A stretch of 64,000 nt of DNA. Origin: Scyliorhinus canicula (taxonomy: Eukaryota). Made by a program: the position numbers and the translations under genes. The notes beneath the pieces were generated by a model that saw only the letters and a list, made by a program, of their open reading frames with translations, was not told the DNA's origin and ran no database searches. The stretch is from the NCBI RefSeq assembly GCF_902713615.1, contig NC_052161.1, positions 44,467,908 through 44,531,907 on the forward strand. Reading direction: 5' to 3'. Within the stretch, counting starts at the first letter, position 1; every line of letters starts with the position of its first letter. Positions 1 to 11,670 of the stretch are shown here, one piece after another.

Positions 1-724
1 GGTGCGCCTGCTCCACTGCAATCCCCAGTACGCATTCGTAGAGTTCCCTGACGGCCGTCAGGACACAGTATCCCTCCGGGATCTGGCACGCGCCGGATCC
101 AGCGCCCCCTCTACCCCCACAGAAGGACCCTTTACCCTACACCCCATGTTGCCGCCCCCTCGCGCTCCTGAGCCCATGAGCTCGCTCCACCAGTTCCGTG
201 CACCCGTGCCGGCCAGCCCCCAGCGCTCCCAGTCCCCGGTTGAACCAGAAGAGTATGAAGCTCGGATACAACCCTCCCTGGAGTCCGCCATCGTACCCCA
301 GCACACAACACCCATCCAGCCACCGCAAGAGGCTGCAACCCCGGCGCTCCGCAGATCACAGCGGACAATTCGACCACCAGACAGACTTACTTTGTAGACC
401 ACCACCCCCGCCGGACTTGATTTTTTTGCAGGGGGTGAATGTGGTGTATGTAACTTAGTAATTCACACTGTATTTACCAATACCATTGTAAGCGCAGTAG
501 CGTTATCCGACCACTAGGGGGAGTAGCTCTGGGGATGCTCAGGAGTTTGTACAGAGCTCCGCCCATGACTCCTCCCCCTGGACTACTGTATAAATACCCT
601 TGTCCAGAGTCAGCCTGGCAGTTCATCGAGAGTTCAACGGGTAACAGGCTGGCTCTGTGGTAAGTAGATTAAAACCACTGTTCATATCTTAAAGCACGTG
701 TCTAGTGAATTAATTGTTCCATCA
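1..724 (+). mobile_element. 3' end of a Ty3/Gypsy LTR retrotransposon (pol C-terminus, polypurine tract, 3' LTR)
   Basis: ORF 2..397 resembles a Gypsy integrase C-terminus (AFVEFPDGRQDTVSLRDLA...LRRSQRTIRPPDRL*). It is followed by a T-tract, the PPT-like AGGGGGTGAA (430-439) and a TG...CA LTR. Confidence 0.85.
440..724 (+). repeat. 3' LTR (285 bp)
   Basis: Starts TGTGGTGTATG and ends TTCCATCA; TATAAATA near 589 and ATTAAA near 668. Termini resemble the LTR at 56961-57254. Confidence 0.8.
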
Positions 725-826
725 AGGATCCGGTGTCAGGAATGGTTCATGCTATGCTTCTGCTTCTGGTTTAGTTATATTAGTTATATTTAGTTATATT
801 GGCATCATAGACTAATATCTGTGTTC

Positions 827-1880
827 CTTTTTTAAAATTATTTTTATTCTCCTTTTTCAAATTTTCTCCCAAATTTACACCCAACAATAAACAATGGTCA
901 GTAACAAATGCAATGTCAGTTCCCATATCAATAACAATGATCTCATCCTCCCACCAAACCCCAAACATTATCCTGCATGTTAACATAAACAAATGACAAA
1001 AAGGAAGCAGGAAATCAAGAATCACCCATAGTCATCATTAACACATACAGTCCCCCTCTCCCCAACCCTCCCAGCACCCCCCTCCATGTTCAATGTAATC
1101 CAATTCTCGAAAGTGCATAATGAATAACGCCCATGAATTGTAGAACCCCACCATCCTTCCCCTCAGTTCAAATTTGATCTTTTCAAGCATCAAGAATTCC
1201 AGTAGGTCCCCCCCACCAAGGGCACGGGGCCCTGCCAGGGCACGGGGTGGAGAGGTTGATCTCCACCCTAACAGGATCCGTCTTCTGGTGATCAACAAGG
1301 CGAAGGCTACAACATCTGCCTCCGCACCCGTTGCCAACCCCAGCTGGTCCGACACCCCGAATATGGCCTCCCAAGGACCCGGGTACAGTTTCATGTGCGC
1401 CACTTTAGAGATTACCCTAAAAACCTCCTTCCAGTGTTCCTTCAGCTTTGAACAGGACCAAAACATATGAACGTGGTTTGCGCCCCCCGCCTCCTGAGCA
1501 ACGTTCTACCCCCTCAAAGAGCCAGCTCATCCTCACTCTTGTAAGGTGTGCTCTATACACCACCTTCAGCGGTATCAGCCCCAACATCGCACACGAGGTG
1601 GAAACTTTCACCCTCCAGAGCACCTCACACCAGAACCCCTCCTCCGTACCCTCTCCCAACTCTTCCTCCCACTTTGCCTTTATCTTTTCCAGCGGCGCCT
1701 TCTGCTCCTCCAAAATAGCCCCGTAAACTGCCGATATTACCCTCTTCTCCAGTCCCCCTGTCGTCAGCACTTCCTCCAGCAATGTGGAAGCCGGCTCTAC
1801 TGGGAAGCTCTATATCTCCTTTCTGACAAAGTCCCGAACCTGCATGTATCTAAATATTGCCCCCTGCTCCAGCCAATACT
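827..1880 (-). mobile_element. 5'-truncated L1-clade (fish-type L1/Tx1-like) LINE
   Basis: ORFs 1417..1782 and 1038..1466 encode the ORF2 C-terminus (KVVYRAHLT, MFWSC zinc knuckle). A-rich tail at the left end. 19-bp TSD TAGACTAATATCwGTrTTC at 808-826 and 1881-1899. Confidence 0.9.
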
Positions 1881-1989
1881 TAGACTAATATCAGTATTCT
1901 GCCAACATTTTTATGAATGGTGCAAGCAAAACCAGGCATAACCTGTTGAGAGGGTAGCCCTGATAATGACAATGCTTAAATGGAAATAA

Positions 1990-4150
1990 TCCAATGATGG
2001 GTCTTCAAGATTTCAAGTGATGGGGCTGTGACTTTTTCCTTTGGCAGCTTATTCCATTGTGGGATTGTCTGTCAGGAGGTAGATTGATGATAAACTGCCT
2101 TGGAAACAAATAGTCTTTGTAGCTTGTGTGGATTGTGCTACCTCGTGTTTTGTCTTTGTGAGAGGGAACCAGGTACATATGTCTCAATTCCCACCAGTCC
2201 ATCCTATATTTTATAGAACACAGTCAGTCTAGTTTGCTCCCTCCTTTACTGTCATGATTCCTGTCCTAAATTCTTGATCAAGGACATGGCATGGGATATT
2301 TTTCATACTAATTTGTGCAGAATTGTGCAGCATATCTTTGGATCTCTTCAATCTAATTATATCTCTTGCCATATAAGAATCCCAAACATGACTTGTATAC
2401 TCTAGGACTGGACAACCACATAATTAATAAGCTGTAACTGTGATCTTTTTATTGCAATATCAAATATTCCCCCTCAGAAATGTCAGAACCCTGTTTACTT
2501 TTGATGTTATCTGCTGAATATGTTATCCCTATTGATGATTGTTTTTAAGATGCACCCCAGCTATGATTATGTATCTACCTGTTGATTGAATTTGATTGCA
2601 GCAATAAAGCTGTCTGTTGGTGGATCCTTTTTGTTGGTAATGCACATGACATAGCATTTTTTGGCATTGAATGACATCTCTCATTGATCCTGCTGATTTT
2701 GAAATTGCAGCAGATTATCTTTCTGTGAATTGATATGAATTTGCATTTTCCCTGTTGTTTAAACCATAAAGTCATCTGCAAATAGCTGCACCCTGTTTTT
2801 CAAATTGTTGGGGAGGTAATTTATGCATGTCAAGAAATGTAAAGATTCACTGGGGGCACCCTGCGGAGGACATTTCTGGGAGAGGATCATCACACACCAC
2901 TCTTCATCTGCTGTTGGTAACAAAGTGTAGGATCTAATTTAATAATGTCCCCGATTCCATAGTTGTGAAGTTTGCAAGACCTTTGTTGTATTATCATACC
3001 TATCAGCATGGCAACGGTTAATGTAGTACCATGAATAGCCACTAGAGGGAGCTGCCGATACTACTATATAAAGCAGTGATGCTAGACCTTCGGGGAGGAG
3101 TGTAAGCAGGAGGTAGCAAGTGAAGAGCACAAGCTTTTCATGAGGAACTTTGTCAATGGCTTTTAAGAAATCTAGTATTGCCATCTCAATACTTCCATCT
3201 CTTTCAAGACTTAAAGGTAGGCCATCGGCAGTCATTAAAAGCTGTGTTTCGGTAAATCTTTTCAACTGAAAACCAGGCGAGTTACTTACAAGGTTATTGT
3301 GAGCTTCAAAGTTCTTCATGACATGGAAATGAACAATATGTTTCAATTTGCACAAGAAGCTGGTGAGAGATATCAGTCTGTAGTTTTCTGGCTGACTTTT
3401 AGCCCCTTTTTTGAATAAGCCACAAATATTAGCTTGTCTCCATTGGTCTGGTAAGTAGCCAATGTGGATTGACTTTCAAAGGCATCGATCAATATTAGAG
3501 CCAGTTCATCAACTGCTAACTTTAAAATCCAGGGAAGGATTTCACCTGGACCTGGCGCATCATTTGGATTTATTTCTTGAATAAATTCAAAACACCCTTT
3601 TCACTTATGAGGTTTAGTGTGTCTGGTAAGTGGTGAACTTTAGAGCAATAGGAAGATTGCATAATTTAGGTTTTGTCCCTATTCTAGGCAAAACATAGCA
3701 CAGATGAGTGAAAGTATTTTTTGCAGAGTATGAGTTGATGATGTCGAGTCATTCTTGGCATTTAGGTAAGAATGTTTGGTTCTGCAAATTAAGGACTTGG
3801 AGTATTGGGGTGAGGGTGACGAGAATTCTATGTTCACTATCTCCTTCCCAATCCAGGAATCCCCATCTTTGAGAAATTTGCCAATCTGGTTTCAACAGGT
3901 CAGCTTTTGCCGATTTTATCTGATGAATCTGATCTCCAGGGCTCAAGCTCACCCAGAATAATATGGATTTTTGTATGGGAAATCATTTTTGGCCCATAAC
4001 GTCCTGGTTCCCCAGCATCACCTTTGGAGGTTACCCAAATGATACCCCTCGGAGGTTCCCACATAAGTGGGTTGACCTGGCAATTGCCCAGAAGTGCTAC
4101 CTTCTCTGACAATTACGTTGTGCTGGGAACCATTTGGCAGCAGTGATTTA
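1990..4150 (-). mobile_element. Old, degraded non-LTR retrotransposon (CR1-group/RTEX-like RT)
   Basis: ORF 2939..3355 carries RT motifs (TETQLL...AILDFLKAIDKVPH) and ORF 2005..2202 resembles the C-terminus (YKDYLFPR). Many stops; ends approximate. Confidence 0.65.
3022..3130 (+). repeat. LTR-like fragment inside the old LINE
   Basis: TGTAGT start, CCACTAGAGGGAGC, then TATATAAA; breaks the RT alignment right after KVPH. Confidence 0.4.
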
Positions 4151-5105
4151 AATCACTAACTTCAAATGGTTCTGCCTGTTTTACCCTGATAATTACTCTG
4201 AATGAGTTCGCGGACAAGAATTACTATTAAGTCTCGAGTAACTAAAAACCAGACCCAGCCTCACACAAAACACGCCCCACACAGTACCCCTCAGGGGACT
4301 CACCACACCAGCCCCCTCCCAACCTCTTTCCCATTCCTCCGCTATGACTTGACTCTCTGCTCCCTCCCCTCAATGGTCCAACACCCCCTTCTCCCCTCTG
4401 GTCCGACCCCCTGCTTTCCTTGTTCTGACCACTCCCTCCGCAACCCCCTCGCCCCCAGGTCTGACACCCTCCCCACACTCTTCTCAAGTCCGAACTCCCC
4501 ACCTCTGTGGTTCGATCTCCCCCTTCAAGTCTCAATTGTCCCTTTAAATCTCCTCATTACAGCAGCTACTTACCGCTCTGTCCCAGTTACTCCATGGCGA
4601 TGCTGCCGGGGGTGCACTTGGCTGCTCCTGTTTCACCCAGCCTGAGTAAGGAAGGTTGGGCAAGACAGAGACTTTAGAATCCCAGCGAAGGTAAGTTTGT
4701 CAGAGATTGCCATTCTGAGGAAGTTGCAGTCCTATTTATATGTAATGTGAACAGAAATGCAGCCTCCTTTCAGAGTACATTTTCTTTTCGGCAAGATGCA
4801 GAGCACCCTGACTCAGATACATGTGTCCACACATCCATTTGCCCCAATAGGTCCTGTGCCATCAGTGCAATCTTGCAACGTTGAAATACATAAATAGGTT
4901 GATCAAAGATTAATAATGTTACTTAGCTCTTTGTTGTTTAATTACTGGACATTTCTGGGACTTAAAGGTGATTTACTGTGCCACGGGAAGTCAAAGCTGA
5001 TGGTTATGTTATGGTGAATGTAATAATAAGACATGGTGAAAATTATTATTTATTTGCATTCCACTATTATGTTATGTTATTTGAGCAACATAAGTTGCTA
5101 CAAAC

Positions 5106-5441
5106 TGTAGACAATGTTGAAGCATAATCCAGTCCTCAAAGTAAGTTGAAAGTATTTATTTAGTAATGACAAAGCTAATAAATGAGTTCGACACTCTGCT
5201 GATCTAACTCTAGCAACACAGTAAACTTGACTAGCTGTACAAACTATATCTAAGCCACATGTGGTGGCTTGACTGAGATCTCTGCTTCACTCGTGTTATT
5301 CCTCCATTCTCTGCTGGGTGAGGGGGAGAGCTTGTGTGAGCCGTGGTTTTATAGTCGTCGTGTAATGCCCTCCAGTGGTTATGCCACAGCTGGGTGTTCA
5401 CATTAACCCTTTGTAGATATGTCTGTCCACATATCATTACA
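5106..5441 (-). repeat. Putative solo LTR
   Basis: On the minus strand: TGTAATG start, TATAAAA, AATAAA and a ...TACA end. No TSD found. Confidence 0.4.
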
Positions 5442-5989
5442 TCCACCATTACTTCAATCTTGGCCGTGCAACTGGAAAAATAAATTGAAGAACCAATTCA
5501 GTCTGCTAATTAATGGAGTGGGGTAGTTTAATTTTAGATTGTTTTGGAATGATTACATAAATATGATCTGATTGAATTGCATCATGTAAAAGTCTTCTCT
5601 GTGATATGGGGCTGCTGTACACTGTAATCAGTTGATGAATTCAGTGCCAATATAGACCGAATATTAGAAAGGGACAGCACATTTTGGAATTGTAAAGTAA
5701 GTTATACTTAGGAAGGGGAGGGAGAGGACAGAGTGCAATGAAAATAGAAGCATTCACTGATGAGATTACTCCAGTTCATTGTTTAATGCTGGCATGATAT
5801 GGTGGATATTTTGAGCTCTATTCATAAGGAGATACTTGGCATTCCAAGTGTGCAATGAAAAACTCCCATGTGCTGCTTTTCATTTTCGATCCTTGCTCAC
5901 AGCAGAATAAGTACGACAATGAGGGTTTGGAAAAATCTATCGATTCAAACTCCATACCCTTCCTACCACCAAAATTGTTTACATTGACC

Positions 5990-6595
5990 TCATCAAATTT
6001 GCTTAGCCCACCCCGCCTGTCACTGCAGCTGAATCTGAACATTGTCTGTTATCGCCAGATTCTATTTGTTTGATGTGATCCTTTCTGGACTCCCATTCTC
6101 CTCCCTTCATAAGCTTCAACTTGTTCAAAACCTAGCTTCCCTGCACAAAGTCCTGCTCACCCATCATTCATCCTCAATGACCAATATGGCTCCCTGTCCC
6201 CAGGAAAAAATAAAGTTGAAATTCTTCGTTCTCATCTCTCCCCATCTCTTCTTGAGATGGTTCTGCAGCTTTTTAATCCTCTCCTCCAATTCTGGCCATT
6301 TGTAGATGACCCCCAATGTCTTCATTTCCGTCATTGCAACACAGTTGTCAGCCACCTGGGTCATACTCTCTGAAACTCCTTCCTTAAAATGCCTGGCTCC
6401 TCTACTCCTCACTCCATCTTAAAAAATCTTTTCAAAACACACTACTTTGGCCCGTTTTCAGTCACTTCTGCTAATTTTCTCACCGCAGTTCAATATCTAC
6501 TCAATTATTTATTTTATTGATTTTTTTTATCTTCTCTCTGCTAAGTGCCAGAAGACAATGTCTAAGCGAAAGGCACCTTAAATGCAAGCTACTGT
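5990..6595 (+). mobile_element. Degraded L2 LINE 3' fragment
   Basis: ORF 6042..6305 has LSGLPFSSLHKLQLVQN, typical of the L2 ORF2 C-terminus, followed by an L2-like 3' end. Confidence 0.65.
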
Positions 6596-6889
6596 TGATA
6601 AAGTGTCCTTTGCTTTTGGCATCAGGCACGTCATTTGTATTATCTACACAAGACTAAAAAGTCTACAGGAGTCTAAAAGAATACTGGATTCAGAAACTAC
6701 AGGCTGCATTTTTACATGGAGGTGGTGGCCCCAACCCCAACTTAAAAGTCAGAGATGAGCCCACCTTCGCCTGGCGAGAAAGTCTGGAGCATTTAAGTCT
6801 CAGTCAGATGCCCAACAGCTCGCTAGTCCCAGCATCACCACCAGGTGCGGTGGCCACTGCTGGAACCAGTTCCCAACAGTGGAACAATA

Positions 6890-7080
6890 GGGGCTGGTTT
6901 AGCACACTGGGCTAAATCGCTGGCTTTTAAAGCAGACCAAGGCAGGCCAGCAGCACGGTTCAATTCCCGTACCAGCCTCCCCGAACAGGCGCCGGAATGT
7001 GGTGATTAGGGGCTTTTCACAGTAACTTCATTGAAGCCTACTCATGACAATAAGTGATTTTCATTTCATTTTCATTTTCA
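6890..7080 (+). mobile_element. tRNA-derived SINE (short type with CCGAACAGG...CACAGTAACTTCATTG tail)
   Basis: A-box TAGCACACTGG, B-box GGTTCAATTCC and a (TTTCA)n end. Tail shared with the SINEs at 31527 and 33729. Confidence 0.8.
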
Positions 7081-7113
7081 GTGATGTCAATGGAGAATAG
7101 GTGAGTGGAGTGA

Positions 7114-7610
7114 GTGGCAGAATGGTAACACGGTGGTTATCATTGCTGCCTCACAGCACGAGGGGCCTGGGTTCAATTCCAGCCTTGGGTGACTGTGTGG
7201 AGTTTGGACATTCTTCCCATGTCTACGTGGGTTATTCTTGAAGGCCCAGTCTTCTCAACCTTGGCCTTTGCCTGAGGTGTGGTGATCCTCAGCTTAAATC
7301 ACCAGCAGTCAGCTCTCGCCCACAGAGTGGAAAGCAGCCATTGGTCATCTGGGACTATGGCGACTTCACCTTTACGTGGATTGCCTCAGGATAATCTGGT
7401 TTCCTCCCACAGCCCAAAGATGTGCAGGTTATGTGGATTGGCCATGCTAAATTGTCCCTTGGTGTGCAGAGATGTGTAGATTAGGTGGGGACGGGGATAG
7501 GGTGGGAGAAGTGGGCCTGGACCGGGTGCTCTTTCAGAGGGTCAATGCAGACTCAATGGGCTGAATGGCCTCCTTCTGTATAGTAGGGATTCTATGAATT
7601 CTATAAATTC
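7114..7610 (+). mobile_element. HE1-like V-SINE interrupted by an insertion
   Basis: tRNA head with B-box GGTTCAATTCC, V-domain (GGTTTCCTCCCACAG..AAAGATGTGCAGGTT) and CR1-type tail ATGGGCTGAATGGCCTCCTTCTG..ATTCTATG. Confidence 0.85.
7234..7372 (+). mobile_element. Short structured retroposed element, copy 1 (unclassified)
   Basis: 10-bp TSD TACGTGGrTT at 7224-7233 and 7373-7382; homologous to 35645-35778. Confidence 0.75.
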
Positions 7611-8207
7611 ACTGGTGTCAATCTGGTAGCCCCAGCAATGGGGGTTGACAGATGGGGTTTGGAAGGGTCGGAGGGAATATGTGGCAGGAGGAAAATGGTG
7701 GGGGGGTGAATGCCTTTGTTGGCTACGGGATGCTGAAAGAAGAAGGGCCGCTCCGTCAGTCCTAAAGGAGGTCATCTGACAGCCTCATCATATGGCCTGT
7801 GCACCCCCTGTAATTGGTAGAATATCAGCAACAGAAGGAGAAGGCTCTTAAGTGTCCATCAATTGGGTGGGTGGGCATTGAGTAAAATTCTACCCCATCT
7901 TATTTGAACCACCCACTGATGTGCAGGTTGTCATTTGCTACAATTAAAACAAGGCTTTATTGTTTAATACTGCAGATAAATTTCCTCTCACTCCACTTCT
8001 GAAAACCTCTAGATTCCAATACAATATTTAAACTTTATTGTGATGAGCTTCTGCTCTTGAATTGAAGTTCCATGTTAGAATGGATCAAACATATACATGT
8101 TAACTGCTGCAAGTTTACTGCATGCAGTTTAAAACATTTTAAAAATTAATTCAGGGGATTATGGTAATCACTGGTTAGGGGCCAGTATTTATTGCCCACC
8201 TCTAATT

Positions 8208-8514
8208 AAGAACATAAGAACATAAGAACTAGGATCAGGAGTAGGCCATCTGGCCCCTCGAGCCTGCTCCGCCATTCAATGAGATCATGGCTGATCTTTT
8301 GTGGACTCAGCTCCACTTTCCGGCCCGAACACCATAACCCTTAATCCCTTTATTCTTCAAAAAACTATCTATCTTTACCTTAAAAACATGTAATGAAGGA
8401 GCCTCAACTGCTTCACTGGGCAAGGAATTCCATAGATTCACAACCCTTTGGGTGAAGAAGTTCCTCCTAAACTCAGTCCTAAATCTACTTCCCCTTATTT
8501 TGAGGCTATGTCCC
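8208..8514 (-). mobile_element. CR1 LINE 3' fragment
   Basis: (AAGAACAT)n is the CR1 octamer tail on the minus strand; CTAATT TSD at 8202-8207 and 8515-8520. Confidence 0.85.
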
Positions 8515-8589
8515 CTAATTGTCCTTGAACTGACTGGCTTGATGGGCTATTCCAGACAGCATTTAAGAATCAATCACATTGCTGCGGAT

Positions 8590-8765
8590 TGAGGCATTGT
8601 GGTGCAGTGGCAGTGCCCCTACTGCTGGATCAGAAACTCTGAGCTTGAATCCAACTTGTTGGCCACAGAAGGAGTATTCAAAATGTGTTTGAATGGGCTG
8701 ATAATGAGCTAGGGAATCCTTCTTCCACTTCTTCTATCAGTTAGGGTGTGAACATACTTAAAAAT
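8590..8765 (+). mobile_element. Degenerate tRNA-derived SINE
   Basis: TGGTGCAGTGG A-box, a weak B-box and an A-tail; TSD TTGCTGyGGAT at 8579-8589 and 8766-8776. Confidence 0.6.
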
Positions 8766-8824
8766 TTGCTGTGGATCTGAAGTCATATATAGGCCAGCCA
8801 GATGAGGTGAGCAGATTTCCTTCC

Positions 8825-9002
8825 GAAGATGCGTAGGTTAGGTGGATTGGCCATGCTAAATTGCCCCTTGCTATCCAAAGGTTACAAGGTGGGGTTACAA
8901 GGATGGGACGGGCGAGGGGGACTAGGTAGAGTGCTTTTTTGGGGGTCGGTGCAGGCGCGATGGGCTTAATGGCCTCCTTCTGCACTGTAGGAATTCTATG
9001 AT
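8825..9002 (+). mobile_element. 5'-truncated HE1-like V-SINE
   Basis: GGTTAGGTGGATTGGCCATGCTAAATTG...ATGGCCTCCTTCTGCACTGTAGGAATTCTATG. Confidence 0.8.
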
Positions 9003-9229
9003 TTCCTAAAGTCATTAGTGAATCAGATGAGTTTCATGATCATGATTAGACTTTTAGTTCCTGATTTTTATCAAATTAAAATTTCACCATGCACTGTGGT
9101 CGCATTTGAACCCAGGTCCCCAGAGCATTACCATATCTTACCAGCCAGTGACAATTCGACTATACCATCAGCTCCTCTTATTAGGTAAACTGTCATCAAC
9201 AGTGGTGTGGTAAAATGACAATAAGATTC

Positions 9230-10602
9230 GCTGCAGAAATAGTCTCGGCTACAACACGGGTATCCACTCAACAAAGTGGGAAATTTGAGTTGTGCCTATC
9301 TGGCCAATTACAATCTGTCAGTCTATTCTCACTAAACAGCATACTGATGGAAGAGGACAGTTACAGTGCTATGAGCAGCATTGTTCAACAATGCTCACTT
9401 TGGGTTCTGCTGGAACAACTCAGCCCAACACCTCATTACAGCCTTAGTTCATACATGGAAAAAAGAGCTGAATTCCAGATGTAAGGTGAGAAGTACCCAA
9501 AACATCAAGGTGTCACTTGGTTAAGTCTGGCACCAGTGGAAATCTGGGGAGAAGTCTCCACCAGGAGACTTAGATATGGAAACATATCTAACATAAGCCA
9601 ATATGATCATGGTCGTTGGAGACCAAACATCTCATCCTCAAAACATTGCTTCAGGAGTTTCTTGGCCCAACTAACTTTAGCTATTTCTTTCATGACATCA
9701 CTTACATCATAAGATCAGAAGTGAAGATCTTCACTGGTGATCACATAATATTCAGTTGCCTTCCCAACTCCTCTGATAATTAGGAAGTCTGGGATTGTAT
9801 GCAGCAATACCTGAACAGCATTCAGCTTTGGGCTGATAAGTAGCAACCAATATTCATGTCACATGAATTTTGGGCAATGACCATCTTCAAAAAGGGAGAC
9901 TAAAACCACCTCTCCTTCACACTCAATAGAAGTATCATCATCAAAAACTCCACCATCAACATCTCCGAAAGCCTATTGACCAAAGATTTAACTGGACCAT
10001 CCACATAAATATTGTGGCGACAAGAACAGGTCAATGGCTGGGTTTTCTGTGGTAAGTGACTCGCCAAAGCCTGTCCATCATCTACAACAAGTTAGGAGAG
10101 CAACGGAATATTCTCCACTTGCCTGGATAAGCTACAACTTTTGCAACTACACCCAAGAAGCTACACACCATCCAGGGTAAAGCAGTCTATTTGATTGGCA
10201 CCCCTTCCACCATCTTAAGCATTCATTCTCTCTACCAATGTAGCAGCAGTGCATGCCATCTACAGGATGCACTTCGACAACTTAGCAAGGATTCTTCAAC
10301 AGCACGTCACAAATTCATACCCATTATTGCTGAGAAGAACAAGGACAGTAGGTCCATGGGAATATCACCACCTGCAATCTCACCTCCACACACCATCCTG
10401 TCTTGGAAATATATCACTATTCCTTCACCATCACCAAGTGAAAATCTTAAACTTCCCTCCCGAACAGCACTGAGGGTATACCTACACCACAAGGACTGCT
10501 GCAGTTCAAGAACATGGCTCACCAACTTCCTATGGACAATTAGAGATGGGCAATAAATGCCGTATTTTTCAGTGTTGCCCATATCCCATGAGTGGGATAA
10601 AA
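9230..10602 (+). mobile_element. Degraded LINE (RTEX-like; same family as 24479 and 51123)
   Basis: Homologous to 24479-25886 and ends with the GATGGGCAATAAATG...CCCATATCCCATGA tail. Confidence 0.75.
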
Positions 10603-11670
10603 AGCCTAAAAGACAAAGCTGGTTAAACTGAAAATTGCTGAAGATACTTGGGCTAATATTAAAAATGATCAATTGTAAGTCAGTGCACTTCCACTTTTAG
10701 ACTGAATGTAAAAGTGCAAGTGCATTTTATGTATAACAAAATTAAAAAGAGGGAAACAGTGAATGCTTGTTTTGTTTTACCAGTATGTCTTTGGACTTGG
10801 TACATACAAAAGCGATAACACATTTTAAGGTAGCTGAAAAACCTCCACGGGTATAAAGTTCCAACTGCAAACAATAATTGAAGTTTCATTTTTCAATACC
10901 AAGGTGTAACTTTAACAAGAATAATTGTTGTCCAGAGCAAAACAGATTAAGTTAATGTGAAGAATGTAAAACTATATGTGTAGAATAAATGCAGCAGATT
11001 CAATATTCCCTTTTTTTAAAAATTGCACATGTTGAAGTGAACTACAATAGACCTATAATTGTCTTGTCACACAAACTATCCTTTGCTATTAATTGCAAAC
11101 ATAATCATCAACAGCTCATTTGTAGTCAACTCAAGCGCTTACTCATTTCATCAATTCATAACCTATATCTTACTCAGCAGTATGGTGTGTGTTTTACAAA
11201 ACAGTTCAGCATTAATCCTTAAGATACTCTATAGGAGGTCCTAATAGCACCAGTCAAAAACAAAATGGTCACCACATATACCGTTAGAATATATCTTTTA
11301 GTTTCTTAAAATGTTTGGTTATAATCGATAAAAAAATGTAATTAAAATTTTTAAAAATTGCCAGCTTATATAATCTTTTAAACTTTTGAATAAATAAAGA
11401 ACCACGTTATTTATACTAACTTATAGACAACTGCTCACAAGAAAATGGCAGTGGTTCAGTACATTGACTAATCACTATGAAGTAGTATAAAGGTTATATT
11501 CCCTAAACTCAGTGACATCAGTGATGTCAAGGAAGAAAGGTTGGGGAGACAATCATTTTCAAGCATCTGTTAGAAAAACCTGTGAGCAGTGAGAGGTTTC
11601 GAACATTTTCAGAAATTGGATTTTAAAGGTATTGGGCAATTTAAGGGGTAGTAAAATCCTGGAGATAGAA

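Larger units (their letters stand above)
8140..9175 (-). mobile_element. tRNA-derived SINE (same family as 37469-37810) carrying three nested insertions
   Basis: Its pieces match the reverse complement of the 37469 SINE in order: TTTATTGCCCA tail, CACATTGCTG, GCAGATTTCCTTCC, CATTAGTGAA and the TTTGAACCCAGG B-box. Confidence 0.75.

Noticed and set aside
4330-4540. Penelope ORF remnant in the C-rich tract
   Set aside because: Only a faint resemblance (DHSLRNPL); too degenerate to call.
10784-10829. Possible small coding exon (MSLDLVHTKAITHFK)
   Set aside because: Reasonable acceptor but weak donor, and no recognisable product or partner exons.
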